Below are positions 1-8,924 of a stretch of 64,000 nucleotides of DNA, one piece after another. Below the pieces are notes generated by a model. It worked only from the letters and a program-made list of their open reading frames with translations. It made no database searches and was not told the DNA's origin. The stretch's first letter is position 1; each line of letters begins with the position of its first letter. The stretch spans positions 10,788 through 74,787 of the forward strand of contig MHGA01000031.1 of the NCBI GenBank assembly GCA_001804415.1. Reading direction: 5' to 3'. The translations under genes were made by a program, and so were the position numbers. Origin of the DNA: Candidatus Aquivivens invisus. GTDB taxonomy: Bacteria > Omnitrophota > Gorgyraeia > Aquiviventales > Aquiviventaceae.

Positions 1-1077
1 GAAGCGGGGCCGACCATCCTGCGCAATTTCCTGACGGGGATCTGCGGCTGTCGGGGCGAGTGGACGATGTCCTCGTTCATCGAAGAAACCATCACCCAAC
101 TCCGCGCGACGGTGGGAGAGGCCCCGGTGGTCCTGGGTCTAAGCGGAGGCGTCGACTCCTCGGTCGCTGCGGTCCTGATTCACCGGGCCGTCGGCGAACA
201 GCTCACCTGCATCTTTGTGGACAACGGGCTCCTGCGGGCGGGGGAGCGGGAGCAGGTGGAAGAGATGTTCGGGCGGCCCTTCGACTCCCCCGCCTTTGGC
301 GGGGTCGCTCAGGATGTCGCCCACCCCGGGGCTCCACATGTCCACTTCAAGCTGGACGTTGTGGATGCCGCGCCACGATTTCTCAAACGGCTGGCCGGGG
401 TCACCGACCCTGAGCAGAAGCGCAAGATCATCGGGGAAGAGTTCATTCGGGTGTTCGAGCAGGAAGCCAAGCGGATTCCCGATGCGCAGTTTCTGGCGCA
501 GGGCACGCTGTATCCTGATGTGATCGAAAGCATCTCAGCTTGGGGCGGGCCCTCCGCGACCATCAAGACCCACCATAACGTCGGCGGTCTACCCAAGCAG
601 ATGCATCTGAAACTCGTGGAGCCGCTGCGCGACTTGTTTAAGGACGAGGTGCGCGAGGTCGGCAAGCTGCTCGGCCTGCCGGATGAGGTGTTGTGGCGCC
701 ACCCGTTTCCCGGGCCCGGGCTTGCCGTGCGCGTGCTTGGCGAGGTGACGGAGGAGCGGCTTCGAATTGTCCGCGAGGCCGATCAGCGGGTGATCGAGGA
801 AATCAGGCGGGCCGGCCTCTATGGGCGCCTCTGGCAAGCCTTCGCCGTGCTGCTGCCGGTCAAGACCGTCGGCGTGATGGGGGACGAGCGGACCTACGAA
901 CACGTCATCGCCGTGCGCGCCGTCACGAGCCAAGACGCGATGACGGCGGATTGGGCCAAGTTGCCTCCGGAGGTCCTCGAGCGGATTTCGAATCGGATCA
1001 TCAACGAAGTCAAGGGAGTTAACCGGGTGGTGTACGATGTTAGCTCGAAGCCTCCGGCGACAATCGAATGGGAATAA
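1..1077 (+). CDS. guaA: GMP synthase (glutamine-hydrolysing), C-terminal ATP-pyrophosphatase/dimerisation part; 5' end lies upstream of window
   Basis: Frame is open from nt 1. PP-loop SGGVDSS is present, and ...CGC.GEWT...[26 protein letters not shown] aligns with the region around the E. coli GuaA PP-loop. The end IEWE is typical of GuaA. Confidence 0.9.
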   Translation, partial: EAGPTILRNFLTGICGCRGEWTMSSFIEETITQLRATVGEAPVVLGLSGGVDSSVAAVLIHRAVGEQLTCIFVDNGLLRAGEREQVEEMFGRPFDSPAFGGVAQDVAHPGAPHVHFKLDVVDAAPRFLKRLAGVTDPEQKRKIIGEEFIRVFEQEAKRIPDAQFLAQGTLYPDVIESISAWGGPSATIKTHHNVGGLPKQMHLKLVEPLRDLFKDEVREVGKLLGLPDEVLWRHPFPGPGLAVRVLGEVTEERLRIVREADQRVIEEIRRAGLYGRLWQAFAVLLPVKTVGVMGDERTYEHVIAVRAVTSQDAMTADWAKLPPEVLERISNRIINEVKGVNRVVYDVSSKPPATIEWE

Positions 1078-1080
1078 CAC

Positions 1081-1152
1081 AGACATCAGACCTCAGACAT
1101 CAGCGAGGAGAAAATGCTTGCCTGTGGTCTGAAGTCTGAAGTCTGAAGTCTA
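1081..1152. repeat. Inverted heptamer-array element: 5' arm (CAGACNT)x3, 3' arm (AGTCTGA)x3, 22-nt spacer; predicted hairpin between guaA and methyltransferase gene
   Basis: Read directly: cagacatcagacctcagacatcag ... ggtctgaagtctgaagtctgaagtct. The arms are imperfect reverse complements. Confidence 0.6.
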
Positions 1153-1155
1153 TCA

Positions 1156-1968
1156 ATGCGCAAGGGGCTCCGTAAAATTCTGAGGGCGGTGTTCGATTAT
1201 GATCCGTCCTTCTGCGACATGTATGCCGATGAGCCGTCGCGCCGTGCCGCGGAAGACTACCTGGCGCGCACCCGCGCGCATCTGCGCCAGCAATTCGGCG
1301 ATCGACCGCTGTCGATCCTTGATGCCGGCTGCCAGGCCGGCCGCTTGGTGTTCCCCCTTGCGCAAGACGGGCATCGGCTCACGGGTCTTGATGCCTCGGG
1401 GTTTGCGCTGCGCCGGGGCCGCCGCCACGCCAAGGAGCTTGCGCTCGACATTCCGTTCTATCACGATACCCTGGCCAATCTCCGTCGATGGGTGAAGGCT
1501 GCCAGCGTTGAGGTGGTCGTGTGCACCGAGGTGTTGTATCTCTGCCCGGATTATCGCCAGTTGCTTGGATTGCTGGCGGATACCGTGAAGCCTGGCGGCT
1601 TGCTGTTCATCTCTCATCGCCCGGTGTGGTACTACGTGGCGACTGCCCTCCGGCGCGGGCAGGTGGATTGCGCGCTCTCCGTCCTCGAACGCACGGAAGG
1701 CCCCTCTCCCGATGGGTCATACCACAACTGGCAGACGCCGGAACAACTCCAACACCTGTATGCCGGCCTTGGCCTGCGTGTCTTGGCGTCGTATCCGGTG
1801 AATCCGATCGAGATTGACATCGGCCAGAACAGCCTTCCTCAGCCGATTGCCGATGCACTGGCCCCGATGCGCCACAATGCCACGTTCCGCGTCCCCTCCT
1901 ACCTCCTGATCGTCGCCCAGAAAGCCCAGACTTCAGACGACAGACCTCAGACATCAGGAACACTGTGA
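1156..1968 (+). CDS. Class I SAM-dependent methyltransferase
   Basis: Motif I-like ILDAGCQAGR followed by acidic LDAS (motif II region) and GGLLFISHRP (post-motif region), a Rossmann-fold methyltransferase layout. Flanked on both sides by heptamer-array repeats. Confidence 0.7.
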   Translation: MRKGLRKILRAVFDYDPSFCDMYADEPSRRAAEDYLARTRAHLRQQFGDRPLSILDAGCQAGRLVFPLAQDGHRLTGLDASGFALRRGRRHAKELALDIPFYHDTLANLRRWVKAASVEVVVCTEVLYLCPDYRQLLGLLADTVKPGGLLFISHRPVWYYVATALRRGQVDCALSVLERTEGPSPDGSYHNWQTPEQLQHLYAGLGLRVLASYPVNPIEIDIGQNSLPQPIADALAPMRHNATFRVPSYLLIVAQKAQTSDDRPQTSGTL

Positions 1969-2066
1969 ACGCCCGTTCGTGTCGCACATTCTTTTCGCTT
2001 TTCAGGCAACTCGTTTCTCCTTACACTATGGACTGAAGTCTGTTGTCTGAAGTCTGAGGTCTGATG
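1927..2066. repeat. Second inverted heptamer-array element: 5' arm (CAGACNT)x4 inside the methyltransferase 3' end, 3' arm (NGTCTGA)x5 ending in the dnaE ATG, ~70-nt spacer
   Basis: cagacttcagacgacagacctcagacatcagg ... ggactgaagtctgttgtctgaagtctgaggtctgATG. Same heptamer family as the element at 1081-1152. Confidence 0.6.
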
Positions 2067-5000
2067 TTGCACGCCGAGTTCGTCCACCTGCACACCCACA
2101 CCAACTATTCCCTCCTTGACGGCGCCTGCCGCATCGCGGAGCTCGTGAAGAAAGCGGTCGCGCTCAAGTTTCCCGCGCTGGCCATCACCGATCACGGCAA
2201 TCTCTTTGGCGCCATCGAGTTCTATGAGACGTGCATGAAGCATGGCCTGAAGCCGATCATCGGCGTCGAGGCCTACGTGGCTCCAGGCAGCCGGAGCGAC
2301 CGGACGGCTTCCGGCATCAAGGAATCCAACGCCCACTTGGTCTTGCTGGCCAAAGATGAAGAGGGATACGCGAACCTGCTGCAATTGGTCACGATCAGCT
2401 ACCTGGAAGGTTTCTACTACAAGCCACGCATCGATACCGAGCTGCTCACACGGCACGGGAAAGGGCTGATTGCCCTGACGAGCTGCCTCAAAGGCATTCT
2501 GAATGTCCATCTCACCCAAGATCAGCGCGAGCATGCCCGCCGGACGTTGGAGACCTACGTCCAGCTGCTGGGTCGGGAAAACGTCTACGTCGAGCTGCAG
2601 CACCACGGCCTCCCGCTTGAAGACAAGGTCCGCCCCGTATTGATCGAGTTGGCGAAGGAGGCTGGTGTCAAGGTCGTCGCGACGAATGACGTGCACTACC
2701 TCGAAGCCACCCATGCGCAGGCTCACGATGTCCTGATGGCCATTCAAACGCAAACGACCGTTGATGATCCCCACCGCCTGCGCTACGAGCGGCCGGAATT
2801 TTATCTCAAGTCGGCCGACCAGATGAAGGAGCTGTTTCGAGAGTGCCCCGAGGCTATCGCGACGACCATCGAGATCGCGGATCGGTGCAACCTCGAGCTG
2901 GAGTTTGGCAAGCACCATCTCCCGAACTTTCCGCCTCCGGAAGGCCGAACCCAGGAGCAATTCCTCCGGCAGCTCTGCCACGAGGGACTGGCGCGTCGCT
3001 ATGCGGCGGCGGATGAGCCGCTCCTCCGGCGTCTGGAGCACGAGCTGGCCGTCATCCAACAGGCCGGCTACAGCAGCTATTTCCTCATCGTATGGGATTT
3101 TGTCCGATTCGCGAAAGAGCGGAAGATCCCGGTGGGGCCCGGTCGGGGCTCAGCAGCCGGAAGCCTGGCGAGCTACTGTCTCGGGATCACCGATATTGAT
3201 CCGATGCGATACGATCTGCTCTTTGAGCGGTTTTTGAATCCCCAGCGGGTGACGCTGCCGGACATCGACATCGACTTCTGCTATGAGCGGCGGCCCGAAG
3301 TGATTGAGTACGTCATCAAGAAATACGGGCAAAACTGTGTCGCCCAGATCATCACCTTCGGGACCCTGCAGGCGAAGGCCGTGGTGCGCGATGTGGCACG
3401 GGCGATGAAGATGTCCTATGCCGAGGGGGACCGGCTGGCCAAGCTCATCCCGAATGAGCTGGACATCACCCTGAGCCGGGCGCTGAACGATGTGCCGGAG
3501 CTCGCCCAGCTGTACCGGACGACCGAGCAGGTGCGCGCCCTCATGGATACCGCGATGGTCCTCGAAGGATTGACGCGCCATGCCTCCACGCACGCGGCGG
3601 GGATCGCGATCGCCGATCGCCCGCTGGACCGCTACATGCCGCTGTTCAAGACCAGCGAAGGGCAGATCACCACGGGCTTTGACATGACGGCGATCGAGCA
3701 CCTCGGGTTGCTCAAGATCGATCTGCTGGGCTTGCGGACCCTCACCGTGCTGGAAGAGGCGGTTGAGTTGATCCAGCGCGTGCAAGGCATCACGGTGGAT
3801 CTGGCCGCGCTGACGCTGGACGATGAGGCCACCTACGCCCTGTTGAGCCGTGCAGAGACCATGGGGGTGTTCCAACTTGAAAGCAGCGGGATGCGCGACC
3901 TGCTGCGCAAGCTCCAACCGACGCAGTTTGAAGACGTGATCGCAATCTTGGCGCTCTACCGGCCCGGTCCCATCGGCTCAGGGATGCTGGATGATTTCAT
4001 GAAGCGCAAGCACGGGCAGATCGCGATCAAGTACGAGCACCCCCGCTTGGAGCCGATCCTGCGGCCCACCTACGGCATCATCGTCTATCAGGAGCAGGTC
4101 ATGCGCATCGCCAGCGACCTGGCCGGTTTCTCGCTGGCCCAGGCGGATTTGCTGCGGCGCGCCATGGGCAAGAAGATCGCGGAGGTGATGGAGGCCCAGC
4201 GGAAAGCGTTCCTCGACGGGTGCAAACAGAACAAGATCCCCGAGCGGACCGCCAATCGCGTGTTCGACCTGATGGAGCATTTCGCGGGGTACGGCTTCAA
4301 CAAGTCACACTCGGCCGCCTACGCGTTGATCTCGTATCGCACGGCGTATCTGAAGGCGCATTATCCGATGGAGTTCATGGCGGCGCTGCTGACGAGCGAG
4401 ATGGGCAACACCGACAAGCTGGTCGCGTACCTCGACGAGGCCAAGCGGACCGGCATCACGGTGCTGCCGCCCGACATCAATGAGAGCCAAGCCACCTTCA
4501 CGGTGGCGGGCCTGCGGACGCTTCGCTGCGGCTTGGGGGTGATCAAGAACGTGGGGATGGCCGCCATCGGCTCGATCATCAAAGCACGAGGCGCCCGGGG
4601 ACGCTTCGCGACCATCGAAGCGCTTTGCGAAGACGTGGATTTGCGATTGGCCAATCGCAAGGTCATCGAGAGCGCGATCAAGGCCGGCGCCTGTGACAGC
4701 ATGGGCAAGTCGCGGGCGGCGTTGATGGCGGGCGTGGATCAAGCCCTGGAAGAAGCCCAGCAACGTCAGCGGGATAAATCCCGAGGCCAGTTGACGTTCT
4801 TTGAGGCGCTGAAGGGCGCGCAACCTTCCTCGCCGTCTCGTCCCGCGATGGGGATGATGCGGGAATGGCCTGAAAGCCAGAAGCTGGCGTTTGAGAAGAC
4901 GCTGTTGGGGTTCTACGTGTCAGGGCATCCCTTGGCCCGGTTTGAGAAAACCTTGCAGGCCTTCGCGACCACGACCTCACGCCAGTTGCTCCAATGTACC

Positions 5001-5555
5001 GAGGAGACCCAGGTGACGGTGGGCGGGATGCTGGCCAAGGTCAAGCTGACCACGACCAAGAAGACGAACGAGCAGATGGCCGTGTGTCTCTTGGAGGATC
5101 TGGAAGGCGAGATCGAGGTGCTGGTGTTCCCGGCCTCCTTTGCGCAGCTCGCCCCGCAGTTAAAGGTGGCGTCGATCGTCTTTGTCGAAGGACGCGCCTC
5201 GATGCGCGACGAGCGGCCTCGGGTGATCGCCCAGCACATCGTGCCGCTGGAGCAGGGGATCAGCCGATTGGCGAAGGCGGTGGAACTGGTGCTCCGCACA
5301 CCCGGACTTGAACGGGACCTCTTGGAACAGCTCAAGACACTGCTGAACCGGTTTCCGGGCGCGATCCCGGTCTATCTGAAGGTGAATCTGCCCGCCGCCG
5401 AGGGGCTCTCGCTGAAATTGGCCGAGAGCTTTAAGATCGACCCGCATCCTGACCTGCTCGATGAGCTCGGCAGGTTGTTGGGGGACGATGGGGTGGTGAT
5501 TCGGCGCCAGCCGTTCCTCGCTCATGAGATTGACAGGCGGGTTTCGGTACGCTAA
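2064..5555 (+). CDS. dnaE: DNA polymerase III alpha subunit
   Basis: N-terminal PHP domain FVHLHTHTNYSLLDGA, 1163 aa, palm/fingers motifs (GxDIDxD-like PDIDIDF), OB-fold C-terminus. Confidence 0.95.
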   Translation: MLHAEFVHLHTHTNYSLLDGACRIAELVKKAVALKFPALAITDHGNLFGAIEFYETCMKHGLKPIIGVEAYVAPGSRSDRTASGIKESNAHLVLLAKDEEGYANLLQLVTISYLEGFYYKPRIDTELLTRHGKGLIALTSCLKGILNVHLTQDQREHARRTLETYVQLLGRENVYVELQHHGLPLEDKVRPVLIELAKEAGVKVVATNDVHYLEATHAQAHDVLMAIQTQTTVDDPHRLRYERPEFYLKSADQMKELFRECPEAIATTIEIADRCNLELEFGKHHLPNFPPPEGRTQEQFLRQLCHEGLARRYAAADEPLLRRLEHELAVIQQAGYSSYFLIVWDFVRFAKERKIPVGPGRGSAAGSLASYCLGITDIDPMRYDLLFERFLNPQRVTLPDIDIDFCYERRPEVIEYVIKKYGQNCVAQIITFGTLQAKAVVRDVARAMKMSYAEGDRLAKLIPNELDITLSRALNDVPELAQLYRTTEQVRALMDTAMVLEGLTRHASTHAAGIAIADRPLDRYMPLFKTSEGQITTGFDMTAIEHLGLLKIDLLGLRTLTVLEEAVELIQRVQGITVDLAALTLDDEATYALLSRAETMGVFQLESSGMRDLLRKLQPTQFEDVIAILALYRPGPIGSGMLDDFMKRKHGQIAIKYEHPRLEPILRPTYGIIVYQEQVMRIASDLAGFSLAQADLLRRAMGKKIAEVMEAQRKAFLDGCKQNKIPERTANRVFDLMEHFAGYGFNKSHSAAYALISYRTAYLKAHYPMEFMAALLTSEMGNTDKLVAYLDEAKRTGITVLPPDINESQATFTVAGLRTLRCGLGVIKNVGMAAIGSIIKARGARGRFATIEALCEDVDLRLANRKVIESAIKAGACDSMGKSRAALMAGVDQALEEAQQRQRDKSRGQLTFFEALKGAQPSSPSRPAMGMMREWPESQKLAFEKTLLGFYVSGHPLARFEKTLQAFATTTSRQLLQCTEETQVTVGGMLAKVKLTTTKKTNEQMAVCLLEDLEGEIEVLVFPASFAQLAPQLKVASIVFVEGRASMRDERPRVIAQHIVPLEQGISRLAKAVELVLRTPGLERDLLEQLKTLLNRFPGAIPVYLKVNLPAAEGLSLKLAESFKIDPHPDLLDELGRLLGDDGVVIRRQPFLAHEIDRRVSVR

Positions 5556-5568
5556 GATAGCCCCACCT

Positions 5569-5847
5569 ATGACATTGACTAAGAAAGACTTAGTGCTGGC
5601 GGTGTCAAAGGACACCAACATTACCCAGGTCGATGTGAAGCGGGTCGTCCAGCGAACCCTGCACCACCTCATCGAGTATTTGAAGAGTGGGCAGACGATT
5701 GAGCTGCGCAATTTCGGGGTGTTTAAGATCAGGCAGCGAGCCCCCCGCCGAGGCCGAAATCCCAAGACCGGTCAGGAGGTTCCCGTCCCACCCAAACGGG
5801 TCGTGGTGTTTAGGCCAGGTCTCCTGATGCGGTTGCACATTAAATAA
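5569..5847 (+). CDS. HU/IHF-family DNA-binding protein (integration host factor-like)
   Basis: 93 aa from internal Met (MTLTKKDL...). The arm motif R..R.GRNP.TG...V.....V.F.PG is typical of IHF/HU. The upstream part of the ORF overlaps the dnaE end. Confidence 0.8.
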   Translation: MTLTKKDLVLAVSKDTNITQVDVKRVVQRTLHHLIEYLKSGQTIELRNFGVFKIRQRAPRRGRNPKTGQEVPVPPKRVVVFRPGLLMRLHIK

Positions 5848-5867
5848 TTCACAGTACCCCCGCCTGT

Positions 5868-7172
5868 ATGGGTCTCCAAGCGCTTCGCGGAACAACCGAT
5901 CTCCTGCCTGATGATCTCCTGCGATGGTCGCGGGTCGAGCACGTCGCTCGACGGCTCGCTCGACTCTACGGCTATCAAGAGCTTCGGACACCTCTGATTG
6001 AGGACGCCTCGCTCTTCCTCCGTTCTGTGGGTGAGACGACCGACATCGTCCAAAAGGAAATGTTCCGGTTTGCCGATCGGGGAGGCCATGAGATTGTCTT
6101 GCGTCCGGAGGGCACGGCGGCCATCGTCAGGGCCTACCTGGAACACGCCCTGCACAAAACCGAGGGGTTTGTGAAATGGTTTTACCTCGGGCCGATGTTT
6201 CGTGCCGAGCGACCGCAAGCCGGGCGGTACCGACAATTCCATCAGTACGGGGTGGAAGCGATCGGCTCCTCCAGCGCGTGGGTGGACGTCGAAGTCATTG
6301 TGCTCTGCCTCGCTATCCTGCGCGACTGCGGCGTCGTCAAGACGACCCTCTGGTTGTCCAGCATGGGCTGTCGAGATGACCAGACGCAGTTTGCCGCGCG
6401 CCTCCGCCTGAAATTACTGCCGGTGCGTAGCAAGCTGTGTCAAACATGCCAGGGACGATTCGACCGGAACGTGTTTCGTGTTCTTGACTGCAAATCACCA
6501 GATTGCCAAGCCATTGTGGCTGACCTCATGGCGTCTGAGCGCGGGCTGCGACCAGGGTCTTTCGAGTCGCTGTGTGAGAGCTGCCTGCTTCACTTCGACG
6601 AGGTCCGGCAGGAGCTACGAAACGCGAAGATCGTATTTGACGACACGAAGTTTTTTGCTCGAGGGCTGGATTACTACACGCGGACGGTCTTCGAGGTTCG
6701 AGCGGAAGGCCTCGGCGCACAGGATGCGGTGGCGGCTGGGGGCCGGTACGACCACCTCGTTGAGGATCTCGGCGGTCCATCGGTTGGCGCTGTCGGATTT
6801 GCCGCCGGCATTGAGCGCGTCTTGCTGGCCGCCGGCCATCAGGCTCAGCCGCTGCCGGCTGCCTCGCGACGTGGGGTATATCTGGCCGTCACCCAATCCG
6901 ATCTCCTGGGGCAAGGATTTCAATTCCTTCAGCAACTCCGGGAGCGGGGAGCGTCCGGCACAATGGACTATGACTCCAAGAGCCTCAAGGCCCAGCTGCG
7001 CGAGGCGGACAAAGCCCACTGCCGGTTCGTCGCGATTCTGGGGGCATCTGAAATGAGCCAACGCGCCATCACCCTGAAGGATATGGAGCAGGGCAGCCAA
7101 GAGACGATCGCCTTCGACGCCTTCGTCGAGACGCTCGTCCAACGGACCAACGCCTCCCCATCATGCCACTAA
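5868..7172 (+). CDS. hisS: Histidyl-tRNA synthetase
   Basis: Class II aaRS motifs: G..D.LP motif 1 region, ...EGTA motif, R.EGL.A.D.VAAGGRYD; 434 aa. Confidence 0.9.
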   Translation: MGLQALRGTTDLLPDDLLRWSRVEHVARRLARLYGYQELRTPLIEDASLFLRSVGETTDIVQKEMFRFADRGGHEIVLRPEGTAAIVRAYLEHALHKTEGFVKWFYLGPMFRAERPQAGRYRQFHQYGVEAIGSSSAWVDVEVIVLCLAILRDCGVVKTTLWLSSMGCRDDQTQFAARLRLKLLPVRSKLCQTCQGRFDRNVFRVLDCKSPDCQAIVADLMASERGLRPGSFESLCESCLLHFDEVRQELRNAKIVFDDTKFFARGLDYYTRTVFEVRAEGLGAQDAVAAGGRYDHLVEDLGGPSVGAVGFAAGIERVLLAAGHQAQPLPAASRRGVYLAVTQSDLLGQGFQFLQQLRERGASGTMDYDSKSLKAQLREADKAHCRFVAILGASEMSQRAITLKDMEQGSQETIAFDAFVETLVQRTNASPSCH

Positions 7173-7188
7173 GCTTGCTCCTTCACCC

Positions 7189-8586
7189 TTGATGATGCGC
7201 ACGCATGGCTGTGGGGAACTCAAGGAGCCGTTGATCGGCCAGACGGTGACCCTGTGCGGCTGGCTCCATCGCCGGAGGGATCATGGGGGCCTGAGTTTTT
7301 TCGATGTGCGGGACCGCAGCGGCATCGCCCAAGTTGTCTTGAACGCGAAAACTAACGCCGCCCTTCACCAGCAGGCCAAAGGTTTCGGCCCCGAGTATGT
7401 CCTGAAGATCTCGGGGGCCGTCCAGCGGCGCCCAAAGGGAACCGAAAATCCGAAACTCCCCTCCGGCATGGTGGAGGTGGCAGCCACCGACCTGGTGGTC
7501 CTGAATCCCGCCGTGGCCCCGCCGTTTGAAATCGATGACCATCTCGACATCTCCGAAGACGTTCGGATGCAGTGGCGCTATCTGGATCTCCGACGGCCAG
7601 CCAGCCAGCACACCCTCCTCCTCCGGCACCGGATCATCTCGCGCATCCGGCAGGCGCTCGATGGCTTGGGCTTTATCGAGGTGGAAACGCCGATGCTGAC
7701 CAAATCCACGCCCGAAGGGGCGCGCGACTATCTCGTCCCCTCGCGCGTCAATCCTGGAAAATTCTTCGCCTTGCCGCAGTCGCCGCAGCTGTTCAAGCAG
7801 CTGCTCATGGTCGCGGGGCTCGAACGGTACTTTCAGGTCGCTCGGTGTTTCCGTGACGAGGATCTCCGGGCCGACCGCCAACCCGAGTTCACCCAGCTGG
7901 ATCTTGAGATGTCCTTCGTGGAAGAGGACGATGTCTTCGGGGTGATCGAGGGTCTCGTGGCCGACGTCTTTCAGGACGCGCTCGGCATCACCCTCCCCAC
8001 ACCGTTTCCACGCTTGAGCTACGAGGAGGCGCAGCGCACTCACCACACGGACAAACCCAACCTCCGCGGCGAGCAGATGCCCTGGGCGTTTTGCTGGGTG
8101 ACGAGTTTCCCGCTCTTCCACTGGAACCCTGACACCAAACGATGGGATGCCGAGCACCACCCGTTTACCGCGCCCCATCCGGAAGACCTCGCCCTGCTTT
8201 CGCGTGATCCGGGCAAGGTGCGGTCGCGAGCCTATGACCTGGTGCTCAATGGCGTGGAGCTCGGCTCCGGCAGCATCCGGATTCATCAGGCCCCACTCCA
8301 GCAACAGATTTTCCAGGTCTTGGGGATGAGCGAGCAAACGGCGGAGGAACGTTTTGGTTTCCTGCTGCAGGCCTTCGCCTACGGCGCGCCGCCGCATGGA
8401 GGATTTGCATTGGGGTTGGATCGTCTGATCGCCATGGTGGCGAAGCGCGAATCGATTCGAGAGGTGATCGCATTCCCGAAGACCCAAAAAGCCGCCTGTC
8501 CCGTCACCGGCGCGCCGGCACACGCGAGCAAGGCGCAGCTCAAAGAGTTAGGCATCGCCTTGGCTCCGGAGTCACCCTCAGCATAG
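7189..8586 (+). CDS. aspS: Aspartyl-tRNA synthetase, bacterial-type catalytic core but lacking the GAD insertion domain (465 aa)
   Basis: PMLTKSTPEGARDYLVPSR...FALPQSPQLFKQLLM..G.ERYFQ..RCFRDEDLRADRQPEFTQLD.E near-identical to E. coli AspS motifs. DKPNLRG is followed directly by WAFCWVTSFPLF...HHPFTAP, i.e. no ~110-130 aa GAD domain. Confidence 0.9.
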   Translation: MMMRTHGCGELKEPLIGQTVTLCGWLHRRRDHGGLSFFDVRDRSGIAQVVLNAKTNAALHQQAKGFGPEYVLKISGAVQRRPKGTENPKLPSGMVEVAATDLVVLNPAVAPPFEIDDHLDISEDVRMQWRYLDLRRPASQHTLLLRHRIISRIRQALDGLGFIEVETPMLTKSTPEGARDYLVPSRVNPGKFFALPQSPQLFKQLLMVAGLERYFQVARCFRDEDLRADRQPEFTQLDLEMSFVEEDDVFGVIEGLVADVFQDALGITLPTPFPRLSYEEAQRTHHTDKPNLRGEQMPWAFCWVTSFPLFHWNPDTKRWDAEHHPFTAPHPEDLALLSRDPGKVRSRAYDLVLNGVELGSGSIRIHQAPLQQQIFQVLGMSEQTAEERFGFLLQAFAYGAPPHGGFALGLDRLIAMVAKRESIREVIAFPKTQKAACPVTGAPAHASKAQLKELGIALAPESPSA

Positions 8587-8595
8587 GAGGCACGC

Positions 8596-8913
8596 ATGCA
8601 ACACGTCCTGGTCACCCTGATGGTGGTGCTGGTGGCTGTCTGCGCGGGCTGTCGAACCGCCACGCGAGTCATTGATGAGGGGCGGGTGGATATCGACCTA
8701 CCTGAAGGAGGGAATCGCGGCTATCTCATCGGCAGCGCGCCTCCTTGGGAAGGCCCCACGAGCACCGTTCGGAAAATGGTGGAAATGGAAATCGAAACCC
8801 CTCCCCTGTGGATGCCCCCCAACCCTCCTGAGCAAGACCGCGTGCCGGCGCCAGGCGCCGTGCAGGAACCCCAGACCTCGCCGGCAGCCGATCAACCGCG
8901 GTACACCAAGTAG
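8596..8913 (+). CDS. Putative small lipoprotein/secreted protein, Pro-rich C-terminus
   Basis: Hydrophobic N-terminus MVVLVAVCAGC with a lipobox-like Cys. Fills a 340-nt gap between aspS and phoH; no family recognised. Confidence 0.35.
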   Translation: MQHVLVTLMVVLVAVCAGCRTATRVIDEGRVDIDLPEGGNRGYLIGSAPPWEGPTSTVRKMVEMEIETPPLWMPPNPPEQDRVPAPGAVQEPQTSPAADQPRYTK

Positions 8914-8924
8914 CCAACGCCCCC

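Noticed and set aside
60-413. 117-aa ORF (+) and 102-aa ORF (215-523) overlapping guaA.
   Set aside because: These are off-frame Arg/Gly-rich artefacts inside the well-supported guaA reading frame.
1081-2066. Considered whether the tandem heptamer arrays could be a CRISPR array.
   Set aside because: The units are 7 bp with no unique spacers, the two arms are inverted rather than direct, and there are no cas genes.
1947-3059. 370-aa minus-strand ORF antisense to dnaE. Similar long antisense ORFs occur at 7183-8523, 8892-9881, 15505-16779, 52546-53985, 56645-57478 and 60013-60972.
   Set aside because: These are typical high-GC antisense open frames: low-complexity, Arg/Gly/Ala/Pro-rich translations that fully overlap strongly supported genes with clear family signatures on the other strand.
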